A DNA stretch of 63,427 bases, filler included, from Sphacelaria rigidula (taxonomy: Eukaryota): assembly GCA_964200075.2 (NCBI GenBank). It is 9 parts of 9 records of this genome, joined end to end, with 100 filler letters (N's around TTAATTAATTAA, not from the genome) between each part and the next. Parts side by side here need not be neighbours in the genome. Positions count along the whole stretch, not along the records: positions 7,060 to 14,018 come from CAXNAA020017203.1; positions 14,119 to 21,077 come from CAXNAA020017204.1; positions 21,178 to 28,136 come from CAXNAA020017205.1; 6 more parts are not named here. One strand, given 5' to 3'. Shown piece by piece: positions 12,409 through 23,998 of this stretch. Positions within the stretch are counted from its first letter, which is position 1; each line of letters starts with the position of its first letter. A program made the translations under genes and the position numbers. The notes beneath the pieces are model-generated. The model saw only the letters and a list, made by a program, of their open reading frames with translations, searched no databases and had not been told where the DNA came from.

Positions 12409-13621
12409 CGAGCTGGGCCAGCCTAGACATGGATTTAAACTCTCAAAGCAATATCTCGTCGACACAGACGAGATGGGCCATGATCCGCACAAGGTATTAA
12501 TCATTTATCCAAGTGGAAGGTGCCCATCTGCTCAAAATTTTGGGTCCATATCTTCTCGTTGATTAAACCTCATGTCTAGTAATTCCTATACCTGAGGGAG
12601 ATAGCGTCAATACTAAAATCTCTATGAAACCCCCGATCGATGCATTCAGCGGATAACGACGAATTTTGGTGTGGACCTTCCCTGGAGCACGGGGAGACGA
12701 TAGATACCCTCACCTTCACCTCATTCGTGATCCATCTCGAAATATGGCGCACATAAATTTCCATACTAAAATCAGTATATTACGGGCAGATGCGCTAGAG
12801 TAGCTAAACCTGGATATCGCGCCTCAGTTTTTGAGAGTTATGCTAAAACATTTCGTATGGAGAATCGCTAGTGTATAATAAAGCTTGTAAACACAGCTTT
12901 TTCAATTTTTTCGGTTTTTTTTTTTTTTTCGGGTTTTTGGGGCAGTTTTGAGGAGAAATGAGCACTGCTTTTGGGCCCTATCTCAATTTTCTAGCTCAGG
13001 GTTTTGCAATCGAAATTTGAAATTCAGGATAAAGAACCACATAAGTATGCTGAATAAAAAAAAATGGGCCCTCGGTTTGTTTGTTTTTTGGGAGAGGTTC
13101 GGGCGTTCCCGTAAAATAATGGCGGTTTCCATACTAAAACGCCCTAAACCAGTGAAAAAATAAGTAAAAATCAACCTGACCCACTTTGTTTCGTCAATTA
13201 TGCCCTAGCCACAGCCCACACAGAGTTCAGTACACAAACACCAAACGTGGGCCAGTGAGTGGCCTGCAAAATACTGTTCCGAATTTCTTCTGACCCCGTC
13301 ACCAAACGGCCCATTATACGGCCACTACTTATAGTTGGACCCTGAAATTCGGTATGGGCAATGAAGAGGATACAATAAAAACAAATACCAGTGCACACAA
13401 GTTTTTCTTTTTCATCAGTCAAGGGCAATAATCAGTTATCAGATATCGGTAAAATGACTCTAACTCATGGGAAAAAAACGAAAAAACCTTGTTTGCACTT
13501 GTAATTTATTTTATTATGCCCTATTCATTGTCCACATACCAATTTTCAGGGTCCAACTCTAAATATTGGCCGTATAATGGGCCTGAAAACTACAGAATCG
13601 CTTCTCGGCTGGCCCAGCTCG
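12409..13621. mobile_element. Non-autonomous Tc1/mariner-like element
   Basis: TA|CGAGCTGGGCCAGCC ... GGCTGGCCCAGCTCG|TA: perfect 15-bp TIR flanked by TA; no transposase; internal inverted repeat 13308-13400 / 13488-13583. Confidence 0.75.
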
Positions 13622-14018
13622 TACAGCTTTATTATCTCCGTCCACTAGATACATGTGGACTGCACACTGCAAGCCATCGGCAGAGGGATACGCAGAATTC
13701 ATTACGGTAGCTCCTTTTGTCTTCCCACAGCCCACCTGGGTTTTGTGCCTCGTGAAAATGACCACATTGTGGCATGTACACTCCTTCCCGGCATATTCCG
13801 GTCCACTCTGTGTTAGTGTAAATTACTACGTTTCAGTATAGAATCGGCACCCAAAAAACACTCCGGATAAACTCGGGAACGCTGTACTGAATGCAAGTAA
13901 AACCATAAAACCAACCTGCGATCACTCTGCACTTGGAAACCTAGGGAGGCTTATCTGCGCCAGGGATAGGGCCCCCACACGATCTTTGCAGTGGCATCAC
14001 ACTCGACAACAATCCCCG

Positions 14019-14118
14019 NNNNNNNNNNNNNNNNNNNNNNNNNNNNNNNNNNNNNNNNNNNNTTAATTAATTAANNNNNNNNNNNNNNNNNNNNNNNNNN
14101 NNNNNNNNNNNNNNNNNN
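14019..14118. other. Artificial contig spacer
   Basis: Same N/TTAATTAATTAA/N linker. Confidence 0.99.
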
Positions 14119-14183
14119 AAGAGAGATATGCCACTTCAGCCTCATATTTTGTATGAACCCCAAAAAATAAAATCGGCTGTTAA
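14119..14183. repeat. Terminus of a high-copy repeat at a contig end (also 21178-21227 and 42184-42253)
   Basis: CTTCAGCC.CATATTTTGTATGAACCCCAAAA..TAAAATCGGCTGTTAA is near-identical at three contig ends. Confidence 0.85.
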
Positions 14184-14799
14184 ATGAGAACACTTGCGGA
14201 AGAAAAGTGAAGGACACAGGATGTTGAAGAGACACCGTAGGCCAAGAAAATAATATAAGGAGGATAAAGATCAGAACATAGCGAAGGCGATAATAATCGA
14301 AAACTAGAAATGGCCGACTTCTGCCACATGACTTCGGTGGAAAAGGTCCTGCGTAAAAAACCACATTCTTCATACCCAATCGCAAAAAACGAAAAGCCTT
14401 GGGGACAGATTGCGGCTCATCTATTTCGACCCTACTATTTTGGATATGAAGCTGTCATCCATGAACCCTACGGAAGCGAGGTACCAAGCTGCTACTTGGA
14501 TACACCGGGAGGAAAGAATCTCACAAAGAGAAAGAGATGATGATGACGGGAGGAAGAGAGAGCGGAGAGGGAGACTACAAGGTGATGAAACCCTAAGTCC
14601 ACAGTACAGGAGAGCAGATTAAACACACACCAGGGAGCACCGCAAAACCACCGACCATGGACAAAATCAGCAACCACGAGGATAAGACTGGAATACACCA
14701 GTTCCATTGCTAGCTCATATGCTCACATTCATCCCTAATCGGGTACAAAGCGGGTCATTCCCGGTCATTCCATCGTGAATTCCTCGCGACCTGTTACTG

Positions 14800-15450
14800 T
14801 TGTTCTGCAAGCGAGGGCAGTTCTCCGATTGGCGGCTCTCGACGTAGCAGCCTCTTGTTGGTGGCGGCGGTCTGACTTTCGTTCGTCGTCGCGTCGTCGC
14901 GTGTCCTTGATTTTCCGCCCCTCTCTCTACTCCAAGATGCCAGTCGGCCATGTTCTTTGCCGAAGTGATCCAATCGTCAACATCGTTGACCTCTACACCG
15001 TAGGCGAACCATTCCCGTTGGGCTCCTTTGCATGGAAGAGCCATTATTACACTTAGGTTCTGCTGGAGGTTGTCTCCTCAGTGTTCGGTGGGGTGGCCAG
15101 CCTCCGTGGGCCCTTGTGCAGCTGACTGTCCATGCATGATGCGTTTGGGAAGGCGTGTTTCGTCGTGCCGGACAAGGGCTACAATGAACCAGAGTTGACG
15201 CTTGCTTGCCGATTATCGTCTCTGTACCTTCGCAATTGGTTTCCTTGAGCACAGCTTTGTATAAAAGAGTCTTGTAGCCCACTCGATCTTTCCTGCTGAG
15301 TCTAACCAACCACCCCTAGCAGAAGCTTCTGATGGGCAGTACGCAGACAGCCCGAGTCCTCAGAACGTCACGTCCATGTGGTACATCCGTACAATGCAGC
15401 TTTCACCACCTCCGCCTTAAGCAGCCGGACTTTCAAGGGTAGCTGCGTGT
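14800..15450 (-). mobile_element. Degraded 3' fragment of an RTE-like LINE
   Basis: Peptides LPLKVRLLKAEVVKAALYGCTTWT, LKETNCEGTETII and DWITSAKNMADWHLGVERGAE match the post-RT region also seen in the LINE at 20040-20900. Confidence 0.75.
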
Positions 15451-17869
15451 TAGGTCGATCACTTTCGGAGACGTGCCCACACCGCGCTGATGCGGCGGTT
15501 GATTTTGACGGACATTTCTGCATCTGCGGTGACAGCACCACCAAGGTAAACAACCTTCGCCGCCTGCCCCTAAAGAGCTAAAATCGGCACTTTTAGACCG
15601 GTGTCGTAGAAAAGCCTCATTTACGACACACTCGTGTTCTCGCTGAAGCTATCTTCTATCATCAAGCATCGGGCAACGGTGGACTGGGAGGCATCGTCCA
15701 TAGATGCATATGCTGTGCAGGAGGTACGCATGAACGCGCATCCTCCGAGGCCGGAGGACGGTCTAAAGGGTGAGTTTATTATACCTCCTCTGTTCGTTCC
15801 TACCGAAAGACCTCGAAGCAAACAACACCGTTCGATGTAGAGCATATCCGACGAGCGGCACGCCAGGTGTTGACGTCCGTCCAGGTCCGGCGCTTGAAGT
15901 GGGGTTCAGGCATTACTCTTACGAAGCATCTCCTGCTGGGATGGGCTTAACAGGCTCGTACAGCGGATCCCGTCGAAGGAGTGTGTACAAATTTTGATGA
16001 ACGCCAACGGGCGAACGGGGAGGAAGATAGAGAAGAGTAAACTGGACGAAGGGGTCCTATAGACGCCCACGGGCATGATGAGCTAAAGTCCGCAACCGAC
16101 AATAAACAGGCCATCACGAACACCTTCTTCAGTACGTGTGAAGGCGGATTTTCGCATACATGCAGCGGTGTCATAAGGACCCGCACGAGTCACTTTAAGC
16201 GCATAAAGACTACATACCCACGCGGTAGGTACACACAGGGAAAGTGCGCAAAGTATTTGCAAACCTCCATCCCGCACTTCTGGCCAACGCTGACTTGGAC
16301 CACGACATGGTGGTGGCCACTGGTGACCTAGGTGGCCGCACTTTGCCGACAACCGTACCGTACGGGCCAAAACCGAAGCAACAAGCACCAATTCAGTAGA
16401 CAGCAGCTGCAGGCCACAATGACACGGTGGCACGTGATCGAGAGGTTCCTACACAACCTCGGCGAGCGAACATGCCAGAAAACCACCACCGCACCGGCCG
16501 CCGCGAAGGAGTATATGGAAGCTATCCTCGAACTCCGGAGGAGACCCGGATACCACGAATGCCGCCGCAATGGTGTGAAATCCCGGACACAAGAACAACT
16601 GTAGAGGAAGCGCTTGCCAAACGACGGGAGGTACGCCGACTGGTGAAGGACAACTGGGCCTTAGTAACGTGGATAGGACTCAGGGCCGCGTGTTACGGGC
16701 CGCGTACAGTAATAGACGATGGAGTACATGCATATCTGGAGAGGTATGTGGCGAGATTAAAAGCGATCTGCAAGTATCGCGACATGGGAGGCCTGTACGA
16801 ACACCTCAAGAGCTCGGTGGATCTTGGCGTCAGGAAACCCGGGAGAGAGCAGTACATCAAGGACGAAAACGGGGTTCTGCTGAGGAACAAGCTGGATATC
16901 CTACAGCGGTGAGCGAGATTCTCACCCACCCTGTTCCGCATCCTGCTCAATAAAAAATCGCCCAGGTTGAACCCAGCCATCATGTTGGACGTGAAGTAGC
17001 GACCGAGAGCATTAACCACCGCAGATTCGATACTACTTAGGTCGGCACCAACGCTGGAGGGGTCCAGACGAGCAGTTCGGGGGATGCACGACCGGAAAGC
17101 GCCGGGACACGAACCCCTCCCTAAAGAGTCACTCAAGATCGGCAGCCGCGCTGACCCCATTGTTCTCAAACGCTTCGATGCCATTTTTTCGTGAGAGAAT
17201 TTTTACCACTGCAGTAGTGGGTGGTCGAGCTATTCATTTTGTGGCATTTCGTGACTTTTTCGTGATTAGTGATTTTCTTGGGCTCTTTGGCTGGCCACCA
17301 CTTATCACATTGAGAATCTGAAGATATTTGTATCCGCTCCACATTCCAAGAATAGAATTCATCTGTACTCAATATTGAGTGACTTACAGGCTGACCGATC
17401 ATCGGGGGTCCTGCCACGATTCAGCCCAGATTCTTACTCTTCGGTATTTTCGGTCGATCAAGCCTGTCCCGATCACATTTGTGAAAAAATGTACAGTTAA
17501 AACAAATTCTACTCACTCATTGCACTGGGGCCGAAAACCTGTATTCCACGGTCAAAAACACCCTCCTGATAAACGGGGTATTAACTTGTATAGCCCGATA
17601 ACACCAACTAACACCGACTTGGGCAATGTTTTTCGAGGATCATGTTTATTGCACCAAAATCTACCGATAAAAATCCAAAGTGCCCAACGTCTTTTCACGA
17701 CAATGAGAAAGAAGACTGTCCTCGACAATGGGGAATAAGTGGTCACAGTGAGAATCGAACTCGGGTCCACTTATGCGGAAGAGGGGAATCCACCACAAAA
17801 CCAGGTAGTCAGGACTGATTACATAGCACTGATCACTTGGTCTAATGGTATAAATCATGTCACGAACAA

Positions 17870-18230
17870 CAGGAGTGTTTTTGAGTTCAAACTCTCGTCG
17901 CGATCCTCCCGGTTGGCTGACTTCGACTCAACCCGAGAGCCGTCACGTGTTCCAATGTAGGTGTGGTCTGCAGTGGAGATCCTAGTCAGTGACAAAAGAT
18001 GGTGGCGGACGTCTGGCGCATTGTCTACATTTTTCACATGTAAAACTACACGACATCCGTCAGATCTCAAAGCGAGAGTCAAGTTTCCTCCGCCCAGGAT
18101 CGGGTACGTACCGCCGCCCGCACACCGCAGTACCCTTTCCCTGCATCCTCGGTACTCCGTCATCTCACAAGAATCTGGCGAAAGATACTGGGTTGCCCCC
18201 GTGTCAAACACCTCGCCCTCATCTTACTGC
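17870..18230 (-). pseudogene. Ty1/Copia aspartic protease region remnant
   Basis: FDTGATQYLSPD...M.EY....RVLRCAGG..PI.G.G.L...V.V...P....LLSL is the typical Copia protease signature. Confidence 0.8.
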
Positions 18231-18582
18231 TCTACAACCCCTGCCTCAATACCAACCGCACACTCGCCTGCGGTCTCATCATCAACCACCCCGTCATCAT
18301 TGTCGCTGATAACCGTCCACACCCCCGAGCACAACGACGGGAGGGGGGGGTGGAGCTTCTAAACTCTCAAGGACGGAGCTACGCCGTCTTGCACTCAATG
18401 GTGAGTTATCTTTTCCTCCCCGAATGGCAAGTTGCACACGCAGTGCGACAAGAGCGGCAGCTGACCGGAAATGGGTAGCAATGGCGACAGATGAGGTGGA
18501 GAAACCCATGGCGGCGCAAACAGAGGACCACGTTTCACGCCTCTGATGAAGAGAGCAGAAGCGAAAACCGTTACTATACGGA

Positions 18583-18780
18583 ATGCAGGGGATAGGTACG
18601 AAAGACTGTCAGGATAGGTACTGTGGTAAGTGTGGGATGAGAGGGCACCAACTACTTGACTGCCCGAGGCCTGGAGAAGATGTGGTCATGGCGATGGGCT
18701 TGATAAGCGACGTCGTCGACGACGATTCTATTTGCTCGGATGCTGATGCGGAGGCTTTCACCAGCATCGACATGACGAAC
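18583..18780 (+). pseudogene. Gag zinc-knuckle remnant (CX2CX4HX4C), opposite strand to the protease
   Basis: YCGKCGMRGHQLLDCP followed by an acidic linker. Confidence 0.65.
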
Positions 18781-20241
18781 GAGGCAAAATACATCACCTG
18801 GCAAGATCCAATGCCTCTAAAGTCTCTCCTCGACACAAAGGGGAAAGTGGTCCCTCGACGGTGGGAAAGGCGTGATCACACCGAGAATCGAACGCGGGTC
18901 CACTGTTTCCGAAGAGATATGTCCACTACTAGACCAAGTAGTCAGCGCTGACTTCTCGATCTGATGGTGAAGTCCCTCTAACGAACACCATACTCGTCGA
19001 GGTGTGAAACGGAGGGGATGTCCCACAGGAGTGGAAAGACGCAACCGTCATAGTACGGTAAAATAAATCGGACTGATCCTACTGCAACGACTAGAAGAGA
19101 ATGTCATTGGTTTCGTACGCAGGAAAAGTGCTCCTGAAAATTGTGGCCAAACCCCTCAGCGACTACTGCGAAGCCCACAGGATCCCACCGGAGAAGCAGT
19201 GTGGTTCCTGACCTGAGATCGATCTGCCGTCGACATGCTATTTGCAGTGTGCCGACTCCAGGAGCTGGAATGGCCGTGAAGAATGTCGCTGTACATGTGC
19301 TTCGTCGGCCTCCACGAAGGCCTGCGGCTCGGTCGCCCGCAAGCATGTGTGCTGGGTGCTGGCCCGAGCTGGTATTCTGTGTGAAGTAATTGCAGTTATC
19401 CGACAATCCCATGACGGCACGCAAGCTGGCGTGGGCATGGACGACGGGGAGCTTTCGAAGTGCTTCGAGGTCACCCAAGGACTGCAGCAAGGATATGTGC
19501 TGTCTCCGCTGCTACTCAGCATTTCTTCGCAGCGGCGCTCGAGGTATAACTCGTGCGAGTCAGCGAGGTTGATACCATTCTCAAGAACATGAGACGTCTC
19601 GACGAAGAGACGGGGGCGGGGGCGGAGACACCACCGGAACGCGGACGGAAAGCGATGTGGGGAGCGCTTTATGCCGAAGACGTCAGCGTCGTCTCAAGAC
19701 CCCCCGGCAGCCGGGCGAGAATGATGACCGTGAGTAGTGCACGTGTTTGGGGCCTTTGGATTGAATATGCCGGAGAAGAAGACGGAGACTCTCTTGATGC
19801 AAGTATCGCAAAAACCACTGAAGAAGGGGGAGCCACCGTCGTCACCAACACCACCTCATCCACCACTGGCAATCAAAGCAGCGGACCAGAAGTACGCACA
19901 GACCACTAAGTTCCGGTACTTGGGCGGGCTTGTCAATGAAGATGATGAACTTACACAACAAGAGGTTAACAATCGGAGCAGGGCAGCGTGAGTGTGCATC
20001 AGGAAGTTCTATACGGGGAGCCGTTTGACCGAGAGCACCGTGGAGACTCAAAGTCCGACTGCTGAAAGTGGAGGCGATAGACGACCCACTGTAAGGATGC
20101 GTGACGTGGGCCCCACGCCTCGAGCACTACGGGTCTCTGAAAAAGATCCACCGCGGGCTCCTCCTACAAATTATTGGATACCACCGCGTATGTGTCACAT
20201 ACCGACAGCTTTCGTACGCCAAGGCCCTGGAGAAGACACGG

Positions 20242-20515
20242 GTGGTCGCTGGTACACACTATCCGCGTTTTGGAGCATCCTCAGACTACCGGCAACTTGA
20301 GCAGCAGACTACCGGCAACTTCAACATCATCCGTAGCGTGAAGCAGATTGCAGTACGAATGTTTCAATATACAGGCGTAGTCGCAATGGTTACACGGCAC
20401 GAAAACGCGTGCAATCACAACCCAATTCACGCTGTTCGGACATCTTTTAACTCATTTTCAACGTACCACAGCCTAGGAACACTCTACGATTCGGATGACG
20501 TGTACCAGCGGCCAC
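20242..20515. mobile_element. MITE inserted in the LINE
   Basis: 24-bp TIR GTGGTCGCTGGTACACACTATCCG / CGGATGACGTGTACCAGCGGCCAC; interrupts LINE between KALEKT and ...VRQRRRLFA. TSD not resolved. Confidence 0.65.
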
Positions 20516-21077
20516 GTATGGACCGGACGCCAAACTGCCGAGGTCATCGTGCGGCAACGGCGACGGCTGTTTGCGAGAGCCCTGACTACACAAGCGGACG
20601 GACTACTACCGAAGTGACTGGCGTTCGGAACACTCGTGGGGGGGGGGAAGATCCAGGACCGGGGTGCCTGAAGCATATCTGGCTGAAGTGCCTGAGGGAC
20701 GATCTGCAAGCTTCGGTGTCACACAGATTGCTCTGCGAACGGCAACCGACAAGCATTCGGAGTTGACAGCGTCCTCTGGACCTTAGCAACGAGTAAGGAG
20801 GGGGGGGTGTCGTGGCAGGCGGGGGTGCTGCGGGGAGCGACGAGGTGTATGACCTCATGGCACACGGACGAGGAGGCCAGCTGGCTATGTGCGATTAAAC
20901 GGAACATCAAGGAAGGCGTCCAAACAGAGACGACGACTAAGAGGAAGGGGGGATGGACAGAATCGGCGAAGAAAGCACATCGAGGATAACAATGCTGCCG
21001 AGGAGAGCAGGAGGGAGATGGCAGAACATGTAGCCAGATTTGTACCGGACTGAACATGAGGGGGGGGGGCGTAGTCA

Positions 21078-21177
21078 NNNNNNNNNNNNNNNNNNNNNNN
21101 NNNNNNNNNNNNNNNNNNNNNTTAATTAATTAANNNNNNNNNNNNNNNNNNNNNNNNNNNNNNNNNNNNNNNNNNNN
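21078..21177. other. Artificial contig spacer
   Basis: Same linker. Confidence 0.99.
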
Positions 21178-21234
21178 CTTCAGCCCCATATTTTGTATGA
21201 ACCCCAAAATTTAAAATCGGCTGTTAAATGAGCA

Positions 21235-21780
21235 CACGGGGTCTTACAAATTGGCGATGGACTTTTTTATTGAGGATGAGAAACCCGGAGAATTAAAATC
21301 TTCGCATCCACACCGAATCTTCGTGGTTCCATTTCTTCACTTGCTGGTAGCCATTGACAGCTCCTACACGACGCACAGATTTGAATTCTGATAATCGATA
21401 TGTTGGCTTTCTAGGTGAAGAATCAGTTTCGGGGCATTTCGGCGATCTGATCGGATCATCTAAATTCCCCAAAATTAATTCTTCACCTAGGACCCCAACA
21501 TGTCGGTTATCAGTATCCAAATTTGTATGGCGTGGAGTAGTTCTCAATAGCTACACAGGTCGCCACTTGGGTGCCTGTAACCTCACATTTGGACGTTACG
21601 GACCTTGTGCAACGCATGTAACGTCCAAATTTGAGGTTGCAGGCACCCCAGTGGCCACCCATGTACCAGTAGGTGAAGGAGTAAAACTATATTTCGAAGA
21701 TATGGTGTAGATACGAAGATTTTAGTTATCCGGGTTCTCATCCTCAATAAAAATCAATCCCCAATTTCTAAAATCCTGTG
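21235..21780. mobile_element. Non-coding foldback element: about 115-bp TIR stem plus two abutting internal hairpins (Y-shaped)
   Basis: 21235-21349 pairs with 21664-21780; 21347-21554 is a palindrome centred at 21450/21451; 21555-21664 is a second palindrome. CAC...GTG ends. Confidence 0.85.
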
Positions 21781-22186
21781 TTTCGAGACGATGCGACGTG
21801 CGCGCCAGACAATCAAAACACGCTCGACGCACGCTAGTCCTTCCCTCAAGCTAGACTGTGTATAGCGTTGATGTGTGCTGTACTGCCGTGCTTTACTTCA
21901 TTATTCCCACTGTTTCTGTACTGCTGTATGAGCACTGTCCCGGAAAGCAAAATGACCATGGAAGGGTTGATCGCTGGTGCGTTCAGATACCGGTGTGCAC
22001 GTATGCGGCGTTGGCGCCACTTTCACTTGAAAAATAGTGCGTGACCCAGATTACCGATGGTGACGGCTAAAGGCGACATGCTGCAGCAAAAACAGGACCA
22101 TACAATTGCATACCATAATAAGCCGTGGTGTCTCATCATGCACGGTCAGGTTTGCCGTTTCTTGCTACTACCGCCAGTTGATACAC

Positions 22187-22273
22187 ATATGCTTCTCGGC
22201 TGTCGATCCTTCGAAATATGTTTCTTGGCTGTCGATCCTTCAAAATATGTTTCTCGACTGTCGATCCTTCGAA
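22187..22273. repeat. 29-bp minisatellite, three copies
   Basis: ATATG(C/T)TTCT(C/T)G(G/A)CTGTCGATCCTTC(G/A)AA x3, no spacers. Confidence 0.9.
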
Positions 22274-22623
22274 CGAACCCTTGCATGTACATCGTAGTTT
22301 TTATTTTTCGAACACAACACGTGGGGAAATATATGACTCCAAGCAGACAGGAACGGACGGGCTTTCCGTGAGTCCCGTGAGATCCGGGAGTCCGTACGTC
22401 CGAAAATGTGTCGCTAATTTTCATGCGCGAGAAACGTCACGCCAAGAAACGACAAGCCGACAAATGACTGCGAGGTTTCACACCATGTATTTGTTGTTGT
22501 ACTGACCCCACTTGAGTCAAATCATGTTTCTTCTTGTTAAGATGTTAGATGAAGCGCCTATACCTATACATGCTTACTGACAGGCGCGTTGGAATCATAA
22601 TCTGCATAGGGCGATGCCTCTAC

Positions 22624-23273
22624 CAGGGTTGCATATCGGACCGAGAAAAAAGTTCGATACGATATTCTTAGAATATCGACTCACAACCGGCAATACCGAT
22701 ATTTTTGTCGGTATTCCGAAAATGACACGATACGTATCGAACATCGATAGTCGATACGATACGGCTGTTTTGGTATGGCCGTAGTGTACAAGACCGAGCG
22801 GTGCATAGGCACACTGGCACCCTCACTTACTGTTGTAGGTTGCATGGAATACCACATCCCCTAGACTGATTTTCAAAGCTCATTTACTCCTCACCAGAAA
22901 CGGTGCCAGGGCTGAACTGGGCGGCGCTGCAGACATCTCGTCGAGAGCTTTCCAAAACGTGCCGTCTGATATTGGCATACCCTCTTCGTTGTGGAGTAAT
23001 CGAGCTTTGAAAATCACTCCTGAGGGTGAGGTATCTTATGCAACCTACAACAGTAAGTGAGGGTGCCAGTGTGCCAGTGTACCGCTCGATCTTGTACACT
23101 GCGACCATACCAAAACAGCCGTATCGTAATGAATATCGAGAATCGATACGTATCGCGTCAATTTCGGAATATCGACAAATGAATATCGGTACGCTGCGCT
23201 CCGATATCGATACTGCGTATCGCCGGCATTTTTCGAAATCGTATCGATTATCGAGATCCGATGTGCAACCCTA
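22624..23273. mobile_element. hAT-type foldback MITE with perfect 8-bp TSD
   Basis: TSD GCCTCTAC at 22616-22623 and 23274-23281; TIR CAGGGTTGCATATCGGA / TCCGATGTGCAACCCTA; long imperfect palindromic arms with ATCGAT-rich subterminal motifs. Confidence 0.92.
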
Positions 23274-23757
23274 GCCTCTACACATCGCAGAGGACAGCGA
23301 ATGGATGGCTTGGCGATCAGGTAAGCACAAAGCACCAGTTACCTATACTACATGCGCAGCACTTCGTGTCACTGTCCCAGGCGGCAATAACACGAAGTAG
23401 GAGTTAAACCGTCACATAGATTCACGTTTTGACATAGGGGTACGCTCTAGTTCAGGATACGTGATTCCACCTACCTACACAAAACCACCCGTCAATGAGC
23501 TCGAGAGCAAGCCTTTACTGCAACCCCTGTTCATTTCAACACACGCCAAAATCTACACCCGGATCGTCGCAAAACAGAAATGCTCTGCATGCGCGTATAC
23601 TAAAACGGCTAGCAACATACATCCGGCATTTTCCGAAGTACATACAAGAGACCACCCCCCCTTCCGCAAGCTCTCTTCAAAAGCATAACAGTACCTTCGA
23701 TCTCCACCCTCCAACGCATTACACCCCACTGAAACACTTCCGTCGCTCCCCACTACA

Positions 23758-23998
23758 GCTCCTCCTCGTCCCCCCCCCGTAATGGCTGAGGCACTCCCCC
23801 CCTGTGCCCGTTGAGCCCGACACTTGAGCACAGTCTTCAGCGCCGAATCTCGAAGCGGTGCCGTAACAGCGGCGTCCGCAACCAGGGCCAGGTGGGCAGA
23901 CAAAATGGCACGGCAGCCGTCTTGGGTATCCGTAAATCCTTGCGAAAGTACGCCCATCGCGGTGCTTGGGTGAGAGGAAGGGTCTCCTCGCACGGTAC
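23758..23998 (-). CDS. Possible internal exon of an unknown protein
   Basis: GC-rich open frame (AMGVLSQGFTDTQDGCRAILSAHLALVADAAVTAPLRDSALKTVLKCR) after a ctag acceptor; donor position uncertain. Confidence 0.4.

Larger units (their letters stand above)
17186..18987 (-). mobile_element. LTR-type insertion with Copia fragments and tRNA-containing LTR-like repeats
   Basis: 5-bp TSD CCATT/CCATA; ends TTTTCGTGAGAG...CTCTAACGAACA; LINE frame FDA|ILVEV is restored on removal; diverged direct repeats at about 17660-17868 and 18790-18987. Confidence 0.7.
16330..21050 (+). mobile_element. Degraded RTE-like LINE ORF2 (reverse transcriptase), interrupted by insertions at 17186-18987 and about 20242-20515
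   Basis: [62 protein letters not shown] (YADD equivalent), KFRYLGG; many stops and frameshifts. Confidence 0.9.

Noticed and set aside
22187-22273. 29-bp repeats of CRISPR-like length
   Set aside because: Head-to-tail with no spacers, so a minisatellite.
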